A stretch of DNA of 64,000 nucleotides from an uncultured Pseudomonadales bacterium (GTDB lineage Bacteria; Patescibacteriota; Microgenomatia; UBA1400; UBA1449). Where the stretch lies: contig CAYLQQ010000003.1 in NCBI GenBank assembly GCA_964386355.1, positions 5,880-69,879 of the forward strand, given 5' to 3'. The translations under genes were made by a program, and so were the position numbers. The notes under the pieces are model-generated. The model searched no databases, had not been told where the DNA came from, and saw only the letters and a program-made list of their open reading frames with translations. Shown one piece after another: positions 32,333 to 42,355 of this stretch; positions within the stretch are counted from its first letter, which is position 1, and every line of letters begins with the position of its first letter.

Positions 32333-32557
32333 AGATGTTTTTGTCATCACCCTTCATGGTCTTTGCTACTGAAAAGTTCTAATAATGATTAAGTTTAGGT
32401 AGTGGTGGAAAACACATGTTAAAAGTATCATGGCAATCATATCGTAAGATGTTTTACCCAATATTCACAAATCTACATTCTAAGCCAAATCAACTTCCTA
32501 CCCTCTTCATCCCACTTAGTGGGACGAAGTCACGGAAGATGAAAATTCTCCCAAATT

Positions 32558-32585
32558 AAAAACCCCGCCTTAACAGCGGGGTTTA
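32558..32585. terminator. Intrinsic terminator between convergent genes
   Basis: AAAACCCCGC-cttaaca-GCGGGGTTT. Confidence 0.75.
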
Positions 32586-32608
32586 AATTCAAGCTAATGG
32601 TCTAACCT

Positions 32609-32842
32609 TTAGACAGTCGGAGCAGAAGTAGTGGTGGCATCTTGAACGATTTCCTCCCAGGAAATAGCTGCTACCGGACAGGCATCAATTGCTCCCTGAA
32701 TCTCCGATTCACTGTGTCCATTAGGATCTGTTATGTGTGATTTGCCATCATCACCCATCGCAAATGTTTTGGGACACAAAGACACGCAGGTGCCGCAACC
32801 AATACATATATTTGGATCTACTTTTGGTTTTTTAGTTGCCAT
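32609..32842 (-). CDS. Ferredoxin (single 4Fe-4S cluster type)
   Basis: CIGCGTCVSLCP...ACPVAAI. Confidence 0.92.
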   Translation of the reverse strand: MATKKPKVDPNICIGCGTCVSLCPKTFAMGDDGKSHITDPNGHSESEIQGAIDACPVAAISWEEIVQDATTTSAPTV

Positions 32843-33493
32843 ATAATTTTTACTTAAACTTTATTACCTACTATTTGTACCATATCTATGCTGGTTTACA
32901 AACCGGCAGTTTTCAAATTCGCTACCTTTTAGCGGGTAAATTTATATGGAAAAATAGTGATGCTAACTGAGGTAAAAGAAATGATAGCCCCTCATACACT
33001 CACTATCTTTGCCAACCAACATCTATCATAATCAAAATCAGAATAAATTGGATTGAAAATGATTTTGTAACATATTAAATACCGGGGGTTTATGCTGAGT
33101 TCCCTTACTTTACACAAAATTATACTAGATATATCTGGCGCTCTTCTTGGGTATCTGATTACTTTACGCACTATTTCCCTATCGTTCAACACCAATACTT
33201 GCTAATGCAAATTATAATTAAAATTATTAAAAAAATGTTAAATTCCCAGATGAACGTGTAAATATTAAAAAAATAAATAGTAAACACATATTGTATGTTT
33301 AATAGTTTTAAGTCTTGTTTTGATTATAATGTTTTATTATTTTGAGTTATTAAAAATATTTCGATGAGGTCTTCTGTTTACCCGGATGCTTTATTTGCAA
33401 TCATAAAGAGGATATATACAAAGGAGATTAATAATCAAAATATTGAACATTTATGTTCTTTATTGAAACTGTTCCACTATTTGAGGGTAATTA

Positions 33494-34462
33494 TTACTCA
33501 TTATGACTCAGCCACTTTTCTATATCCAGAGCAGCCATGGTTCCCATCCCGGCAGAAGTAATTGCCTGCCTGTACCGGTAGTCAACCACATCTCCGGCAG
33601 CAAAAACACCCTCAATTGAAGTCATGGTTGGGTACTTTTCCAGCCAGACTTGGTCAACACTACCGTGTGTGGTCAAGCCGTTTAATGAGGTTAATATGTA
33701 CCCGCTTTCAGTCATTTGTAACTGATCTTTATATAATTCTACATTGGGCTTATGGCCTATAGCATAGAAGAGTCCATCAGCTTTTATGGTTTGTTCTTCT
33801 CCGGTTTTATTATTTTTAAGTTTGAGCTGCTCGAGTTTCTCATCGCCAATCAGTTCAGTCACCTCGGTATTCCAGTGGATAGAAACCTTAGGATTATTTT
33901 TGACCCGATCCTGCATGATCTGAGAAGCCCGCAAAGTATCACGTCTAACTACCAGATTTACATTAGAGGTAAATTTCGTAAGAGCCAGCGTATCTTCCAC
34001 AGCAGAGTCTCCTCCGCCAACCACATACACTGTTCGCTCACGATAAAACGCAGCGTCGCATACAGCACAGGTCGAAACACCTCTACCATACAATTCTTTC
34101 TCCCGAGGAAGATTCAGAGTGAGCGCATCTGCACCTGTAGCGATCAAAATGCTTTTTGCCTGATACGTTTCTAACCCTACTGTGACAGTAAATGGTTGTT
34201 TGGAAAAGTCAACCGAATCAACGACTGAATCAACTATTGTGGCCCCAAAGCGCTCTGCTTGCTCGCGCATACTCATCATCAGCTTAGGCCCCATGATCCC
34301 TTGAGGAAAGCCAGGGAAATTCTCAACTTCAGTGGTAAACATGAGCTGTCCACCGATTGTTATACCTGAGAATACGAGTGGTTTGAGGGCTGCCCTGGCT
34401 GCATAGATAGCTGCACTGTAGCCTGCTGGTCCTGAGCCGATAATGATTAGATTATGGATCAT
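33494..34462 (-). CDS. trxB: Thioredoxin reductase
   Basis: IIGSGPAG, CAVCD, VGGGDSA, FAAGDV..YRQAIT. Confidence 0.95.
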   Translation of the reverse strand: MIHNLIIIGSGPAGYSAAIYAARAALKPLVFSGITIGGQLMFTTEVENFPGFPQGIMGPKLMMSMREQAERFGATIVDSVVDSVDFSKQPFTVTVGLETYQAKSILIATGADALTLNLPREKELYGRGVSTCAVCDAAFYRERTVYVVGGGDSAVEDTLALTKFTSNVNLVVRRDTLRASQIMQDRVKNNPKVSIHWNTEVTELIGDEKLEQLKLKNNKTGEEQTIKADGLFYAIGHKPNVELYKDQLQMTESGYILTSLNGLTTHGSVDQVWLEKYPTMTSIEGVFAAGDVVDYRYRQAITSAGMGTMAALDIEKWLSHNE

Positions 34463-34595
34463 TTTCTGTGAATCATTCCGAGCGCTCTTGATATTAGAAT
34501 CAAAAGCGTTAGAATCGTATGAATTTTATCTAGACCGGAACGTTTTTATATATTACTTAACACATGACTTACGTCATAAAATGTTAGTAATACAT

Positions 34596-34916
34596 TTATT
34601 TAATACTTTCAATCATATTCCTTAACCCTGACTCTCCTGGAAACCCAACTTTACGCTCAACCTCTTTGCCACCCTTAAAAACAATCATTGTTGGAATACT
34701 CATTACCCCATACTTCTGGGCAATATCCGAATTTTCATCCACATCCAGCTTACCGATAGTAACTTTTTCTCCCATCTCATCTGCCAATTTATCAATAATG
34801 GGTGAAGCCATCATGCAAGGACCGCACCAGGTCGCAAAAAAATCAACCACGACCGGCTTATCTGATTGTAAAACTTTGTTGTCAAAATCTGAGCTTGTAA
34901 AATAAACTGCTGCCAT
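34596..34916 (-). CDS. trxA: Thioredoxin
   Basis: WCGPC, VMSIPT; start taken at ATG 34916. Confidence 0.95.
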   Translation of the reverse strand: MAAVYFTSSDFDNKVLQSDKPVVVDFFATWCGPCMMASPIIDKLADEMGEKVTIGKLDVDENSDIAQKYGVMSIPTMIVFKGGKEVERKVGFPGESGLRNMIESIK

Positions 34917-35014
34917 GTGATTAGTAGTAAGTAGCAAGTAGTAAGAAGCGGATTCTGTCAATCTGATTTTTATTCAGATTATCTATCTTTTTCGTACATA
35001 CTTAAGCACTTATA

Positions 35015-35299
35015 TTAATGAAATTTTAATAACTGATTTAATAACTGTTCTAACTTTGTTTGATCTTTCCTATTACTAGCAGCGCATGAAGCTTCTGTTA
35101 GCAATTTTACTGCCACAGCACCAAGTGCTGACCTGGCAGCCATTATCTGGTGAATAACTAAATAACATTCTTTACCTTGCCCTATCATATCTTCTACTCC
35201 CTCAATTTGTCCCTTCACTCGATGTAAACGTTTAGTAATTTCTTGTTTGTCTGAGCCTATTTTTGACTTTTGTATTTTATGTTTCGAGTTCTCTAACAT
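35015..35299 (-). CDS. CsoR/RcnR-family transcriptional repressor
   Basis: KRLHRVKGQIEGVEDMI...C..VIHQIMAARSAL; start taken at ATG 35299. Confidence 0.85.
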   Translation of the reverse strand: MLENSKHKIQKSKIGSDKQEITKRLHRVKGQIEGVEDMIGQGKECYLVIHQIMAARSALGAVAVKLLTEASCAASNRKDQTKLEQLLNQLLKFH

Positions 35300-35336
35300 A
35301 CCCCCATAGGGTATATTAATTACCATAATTTGTCAA
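35298..35336 (-). promoter_or_regulatory. Promoter with overlapping CsoR-type operator
   Basis: TTGACA-17 nt-TACCCT; the palindrome ATACCC-tatgg-GGGTAT (35298-35314) resembles CsoR-family TACC...GGTA boxes. Confidence 0.6.
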
Positions 35337-35356
35337 GCAAGACAAATCAGATGATT

Positions 35357-36094
35357 TTAGGCATAAAACTCATCTTCCACCGAACCGACCATTGTCCCCA
35401 TTTTTTCTCCCCCTAATACCTTTCCAAGATCTTCAGCTTTAAAAACCAGAATGGGAATGTTTTCATTTTGGCAAATGGCAAAGGCATTGCTATCCATTAC
35501 CTCCAGATGTTGTTCCAAAGCTGTTTGGTAATTAAGATACTGATAGCGACGAGCGTTAGCATCTTTTCGTGGATCAGCGGTATATACTCCATCTGTTGTG
35601 CTCCCTTTTAGAACTACATCACAATTGAGCTCTGCAGCCCTCAGAGCAGCTGCCGAATCTGTGGTAAAAAATGGGCTGCCGGTACCTCCAGCCAATATGA
35701 CAATCCGATCTTTTTCAAGTCTGGCTAATGCCTTTTTACGATAAAAAGGTTCTGCTATTGCGTTCATCTGGACTGCTGTCATCAAATAAGACATGCGCAA
35801 ACCTGCTAAACGGTTAATAGATTCCTCAAGCGCCAAGCCATTCATGATAGTGGAGAGCATCCCTATGTAGTCTGCTGTAGCTTTATCTACCTGAGTAGCC
35901 GCCTCCCTACCTCTATACAAGTTACCGCCCCCAATCACAATTGCCATCTGATGCTGTGTTCTCTCCTTCATCTCAAGCAAACCCCGGGCTACTGAGTCTA
36001 CAACATCAAAATTGATACCTTTTTGTCCGGGTAATGAAAGATATTCTCCCGTTAATTTGACCATGACGCGTTTAAAAGAAAATTCGTGGGGCAT
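35357..36094 (-). CDS. pyrH: Uridylate kinase
   Basis: VKLTGE, VIGGGN, ADYIGML, GSPFFTTD, DGVYTADP. Confidence 0.94.
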   Translation of the reverse strand: MPHEFSFKRVMVKLTGEYLSLPGQKGINFDVVDSVARGLLEMKERTQHQMAIVIGGGNLYRGREAATQVDKATADYIGMLSTIMNGLALEESINRLAGLRMSYLMTAVQMNAIAEPFYRKKALARLEKDRIVILAGGTGSPFFTTDSAAALRAAELNCDVVLKGSTTDGVYTADPRKDANARRYQYLNYQTALEQHLEVMDSNAFAICQNENIPILVFKAEDLGKVLGGEKMGTMVGSVEDEFYA

Positions 36095-36353
36095 AATATG
36101 GTAGCTAGTATTAAGTAGTAATAGTATAAAAACTACATTCTACCTAGTAATAAAGTATTGGTATTTATAACGAAACGTGACAAAAAGTGCGATTCCTTAG
36201 ACCAGGAACTCTAAGGATACAAAGAGCTTAACAATATCTAATTAACAGGCTTGAACATACCTTTCCAACAAGCATGTTTATTGGCATGTAAATTAATACT
36301 CTACTGTGATTCTAGCAAAAGCACTAAACCAAGCATAGCGAAGAATTGTTGCT

Positions 36354-37109
36354 TTAAAGCTCTGCTGCTCGTTTACTACTTCTAATAAATAGGTATGTGC
36401 CAAAAAGTACCAGCAGGCAGCTTATCCACTGTGCTGTTGTTAAGATGCCGATCCTCCAGGGGTCTATGCGTAAATAATCCAGCAAAAACCTGATTATCCC
36501 ATATCCGGTTAGGTATACCGCAAAGAATACCCCTGGGTTCTTCTTTTTTTGCAATATTCTCCACATTACACCAAAAAGCGCTAAATTCAAAATCGCTTCA
36601 TATGCAAATAGAGGATGAAAGTGGGAAGCTGATACATATGTCCCGGATCGATTACTTGGCTCTATCCAAATGCCCCAGGGTAAGTTTGTTGGTAATCCAA
36701 ATAGTTCCTGATTAAAAAAGTTGCCCATTCTTCCAATTGCTTGAGCTACCGGTAAGGCAAAGGCAATTATGTCCAAAACGTGGGTTAGCTTTGATCTATT
36801 CTTTGAAACGTTTAAATATATTAATAGACCAACCAAGCCTCCAGCTAATCCTCCATAAATCCCCAAGCCCCCCTTCCATAGCATCAAGGCTTCTACTGGG
36901 CTTACTATGTAGTAACTCCACAAATCGATTACATGATATAAACGCGCTCCGATAATCCCAGGTACAAGCACCCAAAGAAGCACATTATCAAGATCTATTT
37001 TAAGATAATCTTTATCATACTTAGCTAACCGTTTTTGAGCTTTGCCAGCCAAGAACAGCCCAACCCAGATTCCGATACCGATACATAGTCCGTACAGATG
37101 AAATATCAA
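36354..37109 (-). CDS. lgt: Prolipoprotein diacylglyceryl transferase
   Basis: GARLYHV, GGLGIYGG, GRMGNFFNQE.FG.PT, HPLFAYE. Confidence 0.93.
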   Translation of the reverse strand: MIFHLYGLCIGIGIWVGLFLAGKAQKRLAKYDKDYLKIDLDNVLLWVLVPGIIGARLYHVIDLWSYYIVSPVEALMLWKGGLGIYGGLAGGLVGLLIYLNVSKNRSKLTHVLDIIAFALPVAQAIGRMGNFFNQELFGLPTNLPWGIWIEPSNRSGTYVSASHFHPLFAYEAILNLALFGVMWRILQKKKNPGVFFAVYLTGYGIIRFLLDYLRIDPWRIGILTTAQWISCLLVLFGTYLFIRSSKRAAEL

Positions 37110-37215
37110 GGAATTTTATTATTGACCTAATTTCTTATTAACGTAGTTGATCTCAACAAATCCCAAGATGAAAAGATCTCAATTAGCAATTTTTTAATTA
37201 GAGAATGTAAGTCAA

Positions 37216-37794
37216 TTATTGTATATTTACAGTCAAAACAAGTACTATTACTATTCCAGTCATTGCCACCAAATACCATCTTAGTTCTTCCTGATTTACT
37301 TCCCGTTTTATTTGCCAAAACAACCATTGCCGTAATAACCCCCTGTTCGATACATAGTACTTCCACTGTTCCAAAAGCAAGCGCACCCCAATACCCAACA
37401 CAAATCCTTTTCCAAACATCGAGCTTGTTGAGGTAAAGGTAAAAATGGCCAGTACAACCCATACCATCTGAAACAGCGCAGATCTGAAGGTAAGGCGAGG
37501 TTGCAAGTGCTTATTTGCTTCTAATAAACGTAGTCCATACTGAATATGGTGTTCCTTAAAGTAACTTTTGACAGTCATTGCCAGGTTTGTTTTTGGATTG
37601 GTGAGGAAAATATCCAAGAGCTGATCAAGTTGCAGCACTAGATAGCCTACCATAGTTCCCGCAATCCATAATAAGACCGGTACCCAAACCGCTAATTCAA
37701 GCCACAGCCGATTTTCAATAATTTGTACCAATGGGGTTATAAGAGGTATGCTGATGCTAATAAGAAGCACTGGAAACTGTGGCAGTTGTTTCAT
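37216..37794 (-). CDS. Hypothetical membrane protein
   Basis: 192-aa ORF with several TM segments; leaderless-type promoter upstream. Confidence 0.7.
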   Translation of the reverse strand: MKQLPQFPVLLISISIPLITPLVQIIENRLWLELAVWVPVLLWIAGTMVGYLVLQLDQLLDIFLTNPKTNLAMTVKSYFKEHHIQYGLRLLEANKHLQPRLTFRSALFQMVWVVLAIFTFTSTSSMFGKGFVLGIGVRLLLEQWKYYVSNRGLLRQWLFWQIKREVNQEELRWYLVAMTGIVIVLVLTVNIQ

Positions 37795-37840
37795 ACTTTT
37801 AGTATAGCATCAGCTATTTAGGATGAAATACATAATTCCA

Positions 37841-38101
37841 TTATTTTGACTTGAGTTGTTTGAGTTTCCACATAAATAACCTGCCTTTACTCTTGGCTGT
37901 TCCCGCATCAAGCACAAAACTTCGCGCCTGCTCCAGTAAGTGTCTGTCAGTCGTTTTCGCCAGCTTGATATACAAACTGACATGATCACGGTCCCCCAAC
38001 TCCATCGCCAACCTATAACCATAGTCCTGAAATTCACGAGTCACATACCCTTTGCTTTCTTTCGGCTGGTAGTCTTGTAGCAGCGAAGCAATTTTTTTCA
38101 T
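37841..38101 (-). CDS. Conserved-looking small hypothetical protein
   Basis: EFQDYGYRLA.EL.D..H.SLYIKLAK...GRLFMWK. Confidence 0.7.
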   Translation of the reverse strand: MKKIASLLQDYQPKESKGYVTREFQDYGYRLAMELGDRDHVSLYIKLAKTTDRHLLEQARSFVLDAGTAKSKGRLFMWKLKQLKSK

Positions 38102-38185
38102 AAAAACGTCAAAACAAGTAAATAAACTATGAAACCAAAATAGGTATTAATCTGTATACTAGATTTTTATTAAGAGCCTATGTAT

Positions 38186-39385
38186 CTACCCATATTTCTT
38201 AATATATTCCCTATATACAAGGGGTAACACAAGCGAGAGACTAAATACCAGCATGGTTGCTAAAATGATATGTTCCAGACTTACCCAAAGCAGCAAAGCA
38301 GCAACCACAGACATACTACTTAGTAATAAGAAACTGTGAGCAATAATGTGATGTACTAGCCAGAACTCCATAGTATACTTTTGAGTCACCGAATGTTTAT
38401 AGAGCAAGCTCCACACCGGTACCCACAGAAAAGATGTTCCAGTGATATAACCAATATTTGCAAGCGTTAATCCCGCAAAACTTCCACCATAGATCCTACC
38501 CAACCAGGAGAGTACGATCAGGAGTGCCCCCACTGTCATTACCCAGTATTTTTTAGCTTTTATAAATAACTTGACTCCATACAAAGTAACAATGCCAACA
38601 AGGAGTGAAATCGTTTCCAGACTACCTGTCTTTTCATACGATTCCATTGCCGTAAACAGAAAGACTGGCCAAATCATCATGCTGATTAAGCCTTCAAAAT
38701 TTTCCAGGCCAATTACCAACAGGTGCTTTGGCATGCCCGGATCTGTCAACCGTTGCCAGATCTCGGAACCTGATACGTGCATACCAGTTTTTTCAAATTT
38801 ATCCAAAAACGGCACAATAGCAGCCACCAGGATCAAAAAGCCTGCACATGCATACAGCACCGGAAAGCCAAACCAGACAATGATCATACCACCTAATAAT
38901 GGACCGAGAGTGGAACCTAACCTGGTTACTGTTTTAGATAAACTTGCAATGGAGCTAAACTGCCTTCCCGTCTGTGCCATTTTTGCTAAGCTGTAGTGGT
39001 AGGGCAACCAGTCAAAAGGCTGGGTCAGCCCGAAAAAAAAAGCTGAAACCCAAAAAAAGGGGTGGTATTTTTCTGCAAAGATCAAACTATAGAGAAATAG
39101 AGCCCGAAACAGCGAACCCACAGCCAAAGCCCTGTCTATTCCGATCCGTTTGATTATTAGAGTGGAAGGATAATCACTTATCAATGCAAAAAGGGCGTAA
39201 ATACTAAAGTAGATAGGTATCGAAACCAGTTCTCCTGTTTGCTGGTATATGTAGATCGGAATAAACAATCCAACCATGCTGGTAGAGATACGGCGCAACA
39301 GTTCATTTATGTATATACCCCATGATTCGGGCACTACTAAAGATAATATGGACTGGCGAATTGCCTGATGGGGAGAGCTGAGCAT
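38186..39385 (-). CDS. MFS-type transporter
   Basis: About 12 TM segments; LGPLLGGMII motif. Confidence 0.8.
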   Translation of the reverse strand: MLSSPHQAIRQSILSLVVPESWGIYINELLRRISTSMVGLFIPIYIYQQTGELVSIPIYFSIYALFALISDYPSTLIIKRIGIDRALAVGSLFRALFLYSLIFAEKYHPFFWVSAFFFGLTQPFDWLPYHYSLAKMAQTGRQFSSIASLSKTVTRLGSTLGPLLGGMIIVWFGFPVLYACAGFLILVAAIVPFLDKFEKTGMHVSGSEIWQRLTDPGMPKHLLVIGLENFEGLISMMIWPVFLFTAMESYEKTGSLETISLLVGIVTLYGVKLFIKAKKYWVMTVGALLIVLSWLGRIYGGSFAGLTLANIGYITGTSFLWVPVWSLLYKHSVTQKYTMEFWLVHHIIAHSFLLLSSMSVVAALLLWVSLEHIILATMLVFSLSLVLPLVYREYIKKYG

Positions 39386-39479
39386 GGCTTGATTGTGACA
39401 AGATTTTCCGATCTTGTCATCACCCGTGTGATTTTAAGCAATTGAAAGTAGAAATTGTGTGAGATTATTATTTAAATTA

Positions 39480-40040
39480 TTATAATGTAAATTGATTTAG
39501 GTCTATCAGAGCATTATTGAATATCTTTGGCAACACCTCCTGCTCGCTCTGGGAAAAGTCATCCAATACAAAATCATCAGCCACCGAACCTGCCCGTGAT
39601 TTAACTAACGGCAACCAATCATTGGCAATTCCAATCCTTAGGCGTATAAAATCTTCTGTTCCGACTGCTGCAACTACCGAATTAACACCATTATGCATTT
39701 TAGGTCCTTTACCGCGAGATATCTTGTAGTCACCAAATTGCAGATCCAGGTCATCGTGGATCAAAAACAGTTCTTTTTGAGAATCAAGTCTATAAAAATC
39801 TAGAACTTTACGCACCGACATGCCGGAATGGTTCATAAAAGTTGTAGGTTTGTGCAATAGAAACTTTCTGTCTGGTAGCGTAACTTCGCAAACTTGAGCT
39901 TGAAATTTGGGCTTAGTTTCAAAAGCTGTGGATTTACCTTCAAAAAAAACCTGACAATAATCAAGAAACAACCACCCTGCGTTATGGCGAGTCAACTGGT
40001 ATTCATGGCCTGGATTACCTAAACCAACGAAAAGAAACAT
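39480..40040 (-). CDS. pth: Peptidyl-tRNA hydrolase
   Basis: VGLGNPG..Y..TRHNAG, KPTTFMN.SG, HDDLD, HNGV.S, RLRIGI. Confidence 0.95.
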   Translation of the reverse strand: MFLFVGLGNPGHEYQLTRHNAGWLFLDYCQVFFEGKSTAFETKPKFQAQVCEVTLPDRKFLLHKPTTFMNHSGMSVRKVLDFYRLDSQKELFLIHDDLDLQFGDYKISRGKGPKMHNGVNSVVAAVGTEDFIRLRIGIANDWLPLVKSRAGSVADDFVLDDFSQSEQEVLPKIFNNALIDLNQFTL

Positions 40041-40098
40041 GTAAATCAGAAGCACGTGATTGGAAATTAATTAAATATCTATACTAATAGTATTTATA

Positions 40099-40755
40099 TT
40101 AATTTCGTATTTCGTGATTCGTATGTAATAATTCTATTACTGCCTCATCTCCAACCTGATTAAAATCTGTATAAAACTGTCCAACTGCAAAAAAATCATC
40201 AGGAACTTCCAAAGTTATTACCATATCTACCTCTTTTTCCAAAATATGTAATGTAGTCCTAGAACATACGGGAAGTGCGATTATAACTTGTTTTGGTTCC
40301 CGGTTCCACACCTCCCGCGCTGCTGCTATCATTGTTGCCCCAGTAGCAGCACCATCATCCACCAAAATTATCCTTTTACCTTGTAGCTGAATCTCTGGTT
40401 TCCCTGCTCGGTACAGTTCTTCTTTGCGTGTAATCTCGGATTGTTTTACTGCTATTTCCGTTTCGATATAAGACAGAGGGACATGAAGTTCAGTGACAAT
40501 TCTCGTATCTATATAGAGAGAACCCGGAGTTTGCCCAACGGCACCCAGAGCAAGCTCTATTTGGCTTTTGTCTGTGATTTTTTTAGTAACAATAACATCC
40601 AAAGCTGTGCCTAATGTGCTTGAAACTTGTGCGCCCACAATCACTCCACCTCTGGGAATAGCCAATACAAGTGTCTGCTTGGGATCAACAAGCCCAAGCT
40701 CTTCTTTCAATTTTTTACCCAGTAGCTTCCCTGCTTCTTGCCTATTTAGATACAT
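40099..40755 (-). CDS. Phosphoribosyltransferase family protein
   Basis: LAIPRGG, ILVDDGAATGAT, AVGQFY.DF.Q. Confidence 0.88.
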   Translation of the reverse strand: MYLNRQEAGKLLGKKLKEELGLVDPKQTLVLAIPRGGVIVGAQVSSTLGTALDVIVTKKITDKSQIELALGAVGQTPGSLYIDTRIVTELHVPLSYIETEIAVKQSEITRKEELYRAGKPEIQLQGKRIILVDDGAATGATMIAAAREVWNREPKQVIIALPVCSRTTLHILEKEVDMVITLEVPDDFFAVGQFYTDFNQVGDEAVIELLHTNHEIRN

Positions 40756-40825
40756 GCGAGTATTTTATTATAAAAACCAGGCTTGGTGCCCCAATACCTG
40801 GTTTTTATAATATGTAAGTTCCGAA

Positions 40826-41185
40826 TTACTTTCCAACTTGCTTTTTTACTAAATCCGTCACTATGGGAAGGTTGACTGTTTTACCTTGATAGGTTTGTAC
40901 AATCATAACAAGCCACAAAACAAAACTAGCTAATCCAAAAAAGGGTAAAATCACAAGCCCTAAAAGTGGAATAAGCCCGATAACAATAGATGCAATATGA
41001 AGCAAGCCAAAAAGAATTAAGCTCTGCCAGGCATGGTATTTGACTACCTTACTTTCCTTATTGAGTAATAGTAATATCAATCCACTCACCCACCCAAGCA
41101 CATAGGCAAGCGCTGCTTCTGTATTTTCCGGAAGACCGGTCGCAGTTGTAGGTGTATTGGTTTCGTCTGCCATAAAATTTGACAA
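40826..41185 (-). CDS. DUF4870-like membrane protein
   Basis: AALAYVLGWVSG...VKYHAWQS...YQGK..LP. Confidence 0.75.
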   Translation of the reverse strand: MSNFMADETNTPTTATGLPENTEAALAYVLGWVSGLILLLLNKESKVVKYHAWQSLILFGLLHIASIVIGLIPLLGLVILPFFGLASFVLWLVMIVQTYQGKTVNLPIVTDLVKKQVGK

Positions 41186-41253
41186 AAGCGCCGGATGTAA
41201 TATTACTATTTAGTACGGTGCTTCTATCTAGTAATTTAGTACTACAATATACA

Positions 41254-41943
41254 TTAGCTTGACTGCTGGGCAAGGTACTCAACTTGTTGTGGCGGTTCTT
41301 GTGTCGAATTTGAGCTTTCAGTGTTTTCGTTTAATAACTGCATATAAATTGAAAGACTCGCTAACCATATGGCAGGTAAGACGGCAATCAAGCCTATCAA
41401 TAGAGCAAGGGTGCCGGCAATTACCAATCCTATTTGGACAAACCCATATCCTATCAACTTCAATTTCACCCCATTAGTCATGAGAGCACTTTGCTTCATA
41501 GCCTCACCAATCTTAAGGTTTTTATCAGCTATCAAATAGGGTACGTACATGTATTTGAGCGCCCAGTATACTCCGGGTACGATCAATAAGATCAACCCAG
41601 CTATTACGATTAGTCCCACCAAAAGGCTGCCTAGAAAATAGGATAATAAACGGTCAGTACCTCTCAGTAAATCCTCGTACTCTGCCGTTTCGCCTCTGAG
41701 AAGTTTCAGTCCGATTCGTACCCAACCGATACCTATCAGTGATCCAATCACCATACTAATAACTATTGGTATAATAACCATGGGTGACTCCTGTTCCTGC
41801 AAATACGACTGTATGCCACTTAAAATCCCGCTAATGAGCATGTACAAAATGAAAGTAACAAATAAAAATCCGAAGTTTGCTTTGTATGTAGCCCAGCCCT
41901 GAGATAGAGCTAGTTTGATTGAAAATGATGGTTTTGGTTCCAT
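41254..41943 (-). CDS. Integral membrane protein (DUF975-like)
   Basis: GLILLIVPGVY...AMKQSALMTNG.KLKL. Confidence 0.7.
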   Translation of the reverse strand: MEPKPSFSIKLALSQGWATYKANFGFLFVTFILYMLISGILSGIQSYLQEQESPMVIIPIVISMVIGSLIGIGWVRIGLKLLRGETAEYEDLLRGTDRLLSYFLGSLLVGLIVIAGLILLIVPGVYWALKYMYVPYLIADKNLKIGEAMKQSALMTNGVKLKLIGYGFVQIGLVIAGTLALLIGLIAVLPAIWLASLSIYMQLLNENTESSNSTQEPPQQVEYLAQQSS

Positions 41944-41956
41944 ATATGTGTTAAAT

Positions 41957-42250
41957 TTAATTACTACTCTCTTCTGTAATAAACTCTATGCCGCCACTCA
42001 ATCTTAAGCCCAGGTTTATTACCACTCCCGCTAAAAGACCTGCTAAAAATCCAAAGATTCCATATAAGATAGGGATTACAATTACTGCAAATATACCGAT
42101 TCAACCCATAATATCCCCTTGCTCACCACTAAGAGGGGCTAGAAGTGACATAATTCCAATTATCAAACCAGCAATTAATCCAAAAACTGCTAAGATAAGG
42201 CCATAAAACTTAGCAAAAGATACAACACCAATTTTTTTTAAATATTTCAT
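41957..42250 (-). pseudogene. Small membrane protein with an in-frame TGA at codon 50
   Basis: MKYLKKIGVVSFAK...DIMG*IGIFAVIVIPILYG...LSGGIEF; the frame is hydrophobic and continuous across TGA at 42101-42103. Confidence 0.65.
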
Positions 42251-42355
42251 ATAAGAATAAATAGTAAAATTTATTACTATTCCATGATATCAACAATATT
42301 TTAGCAATTCAATTGGAAGAGATTATAAAGTGATTATTGAGATTATAGACGAGTT

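Noticed and set aside
32940-33480. Short ORFs between ferredoxin and trxB
   Set aside because: AT-rich, fragmented, no recognisable motif; at most a decayed membrane-gene remnant.
42101-42103. Genetic code 25 (TGA=Gly) as in Gracilibacteria/Absconditabacteria
   Set aside because: Long genes are intact under code 11 and several end in TGA; only one internal TGA was seen.
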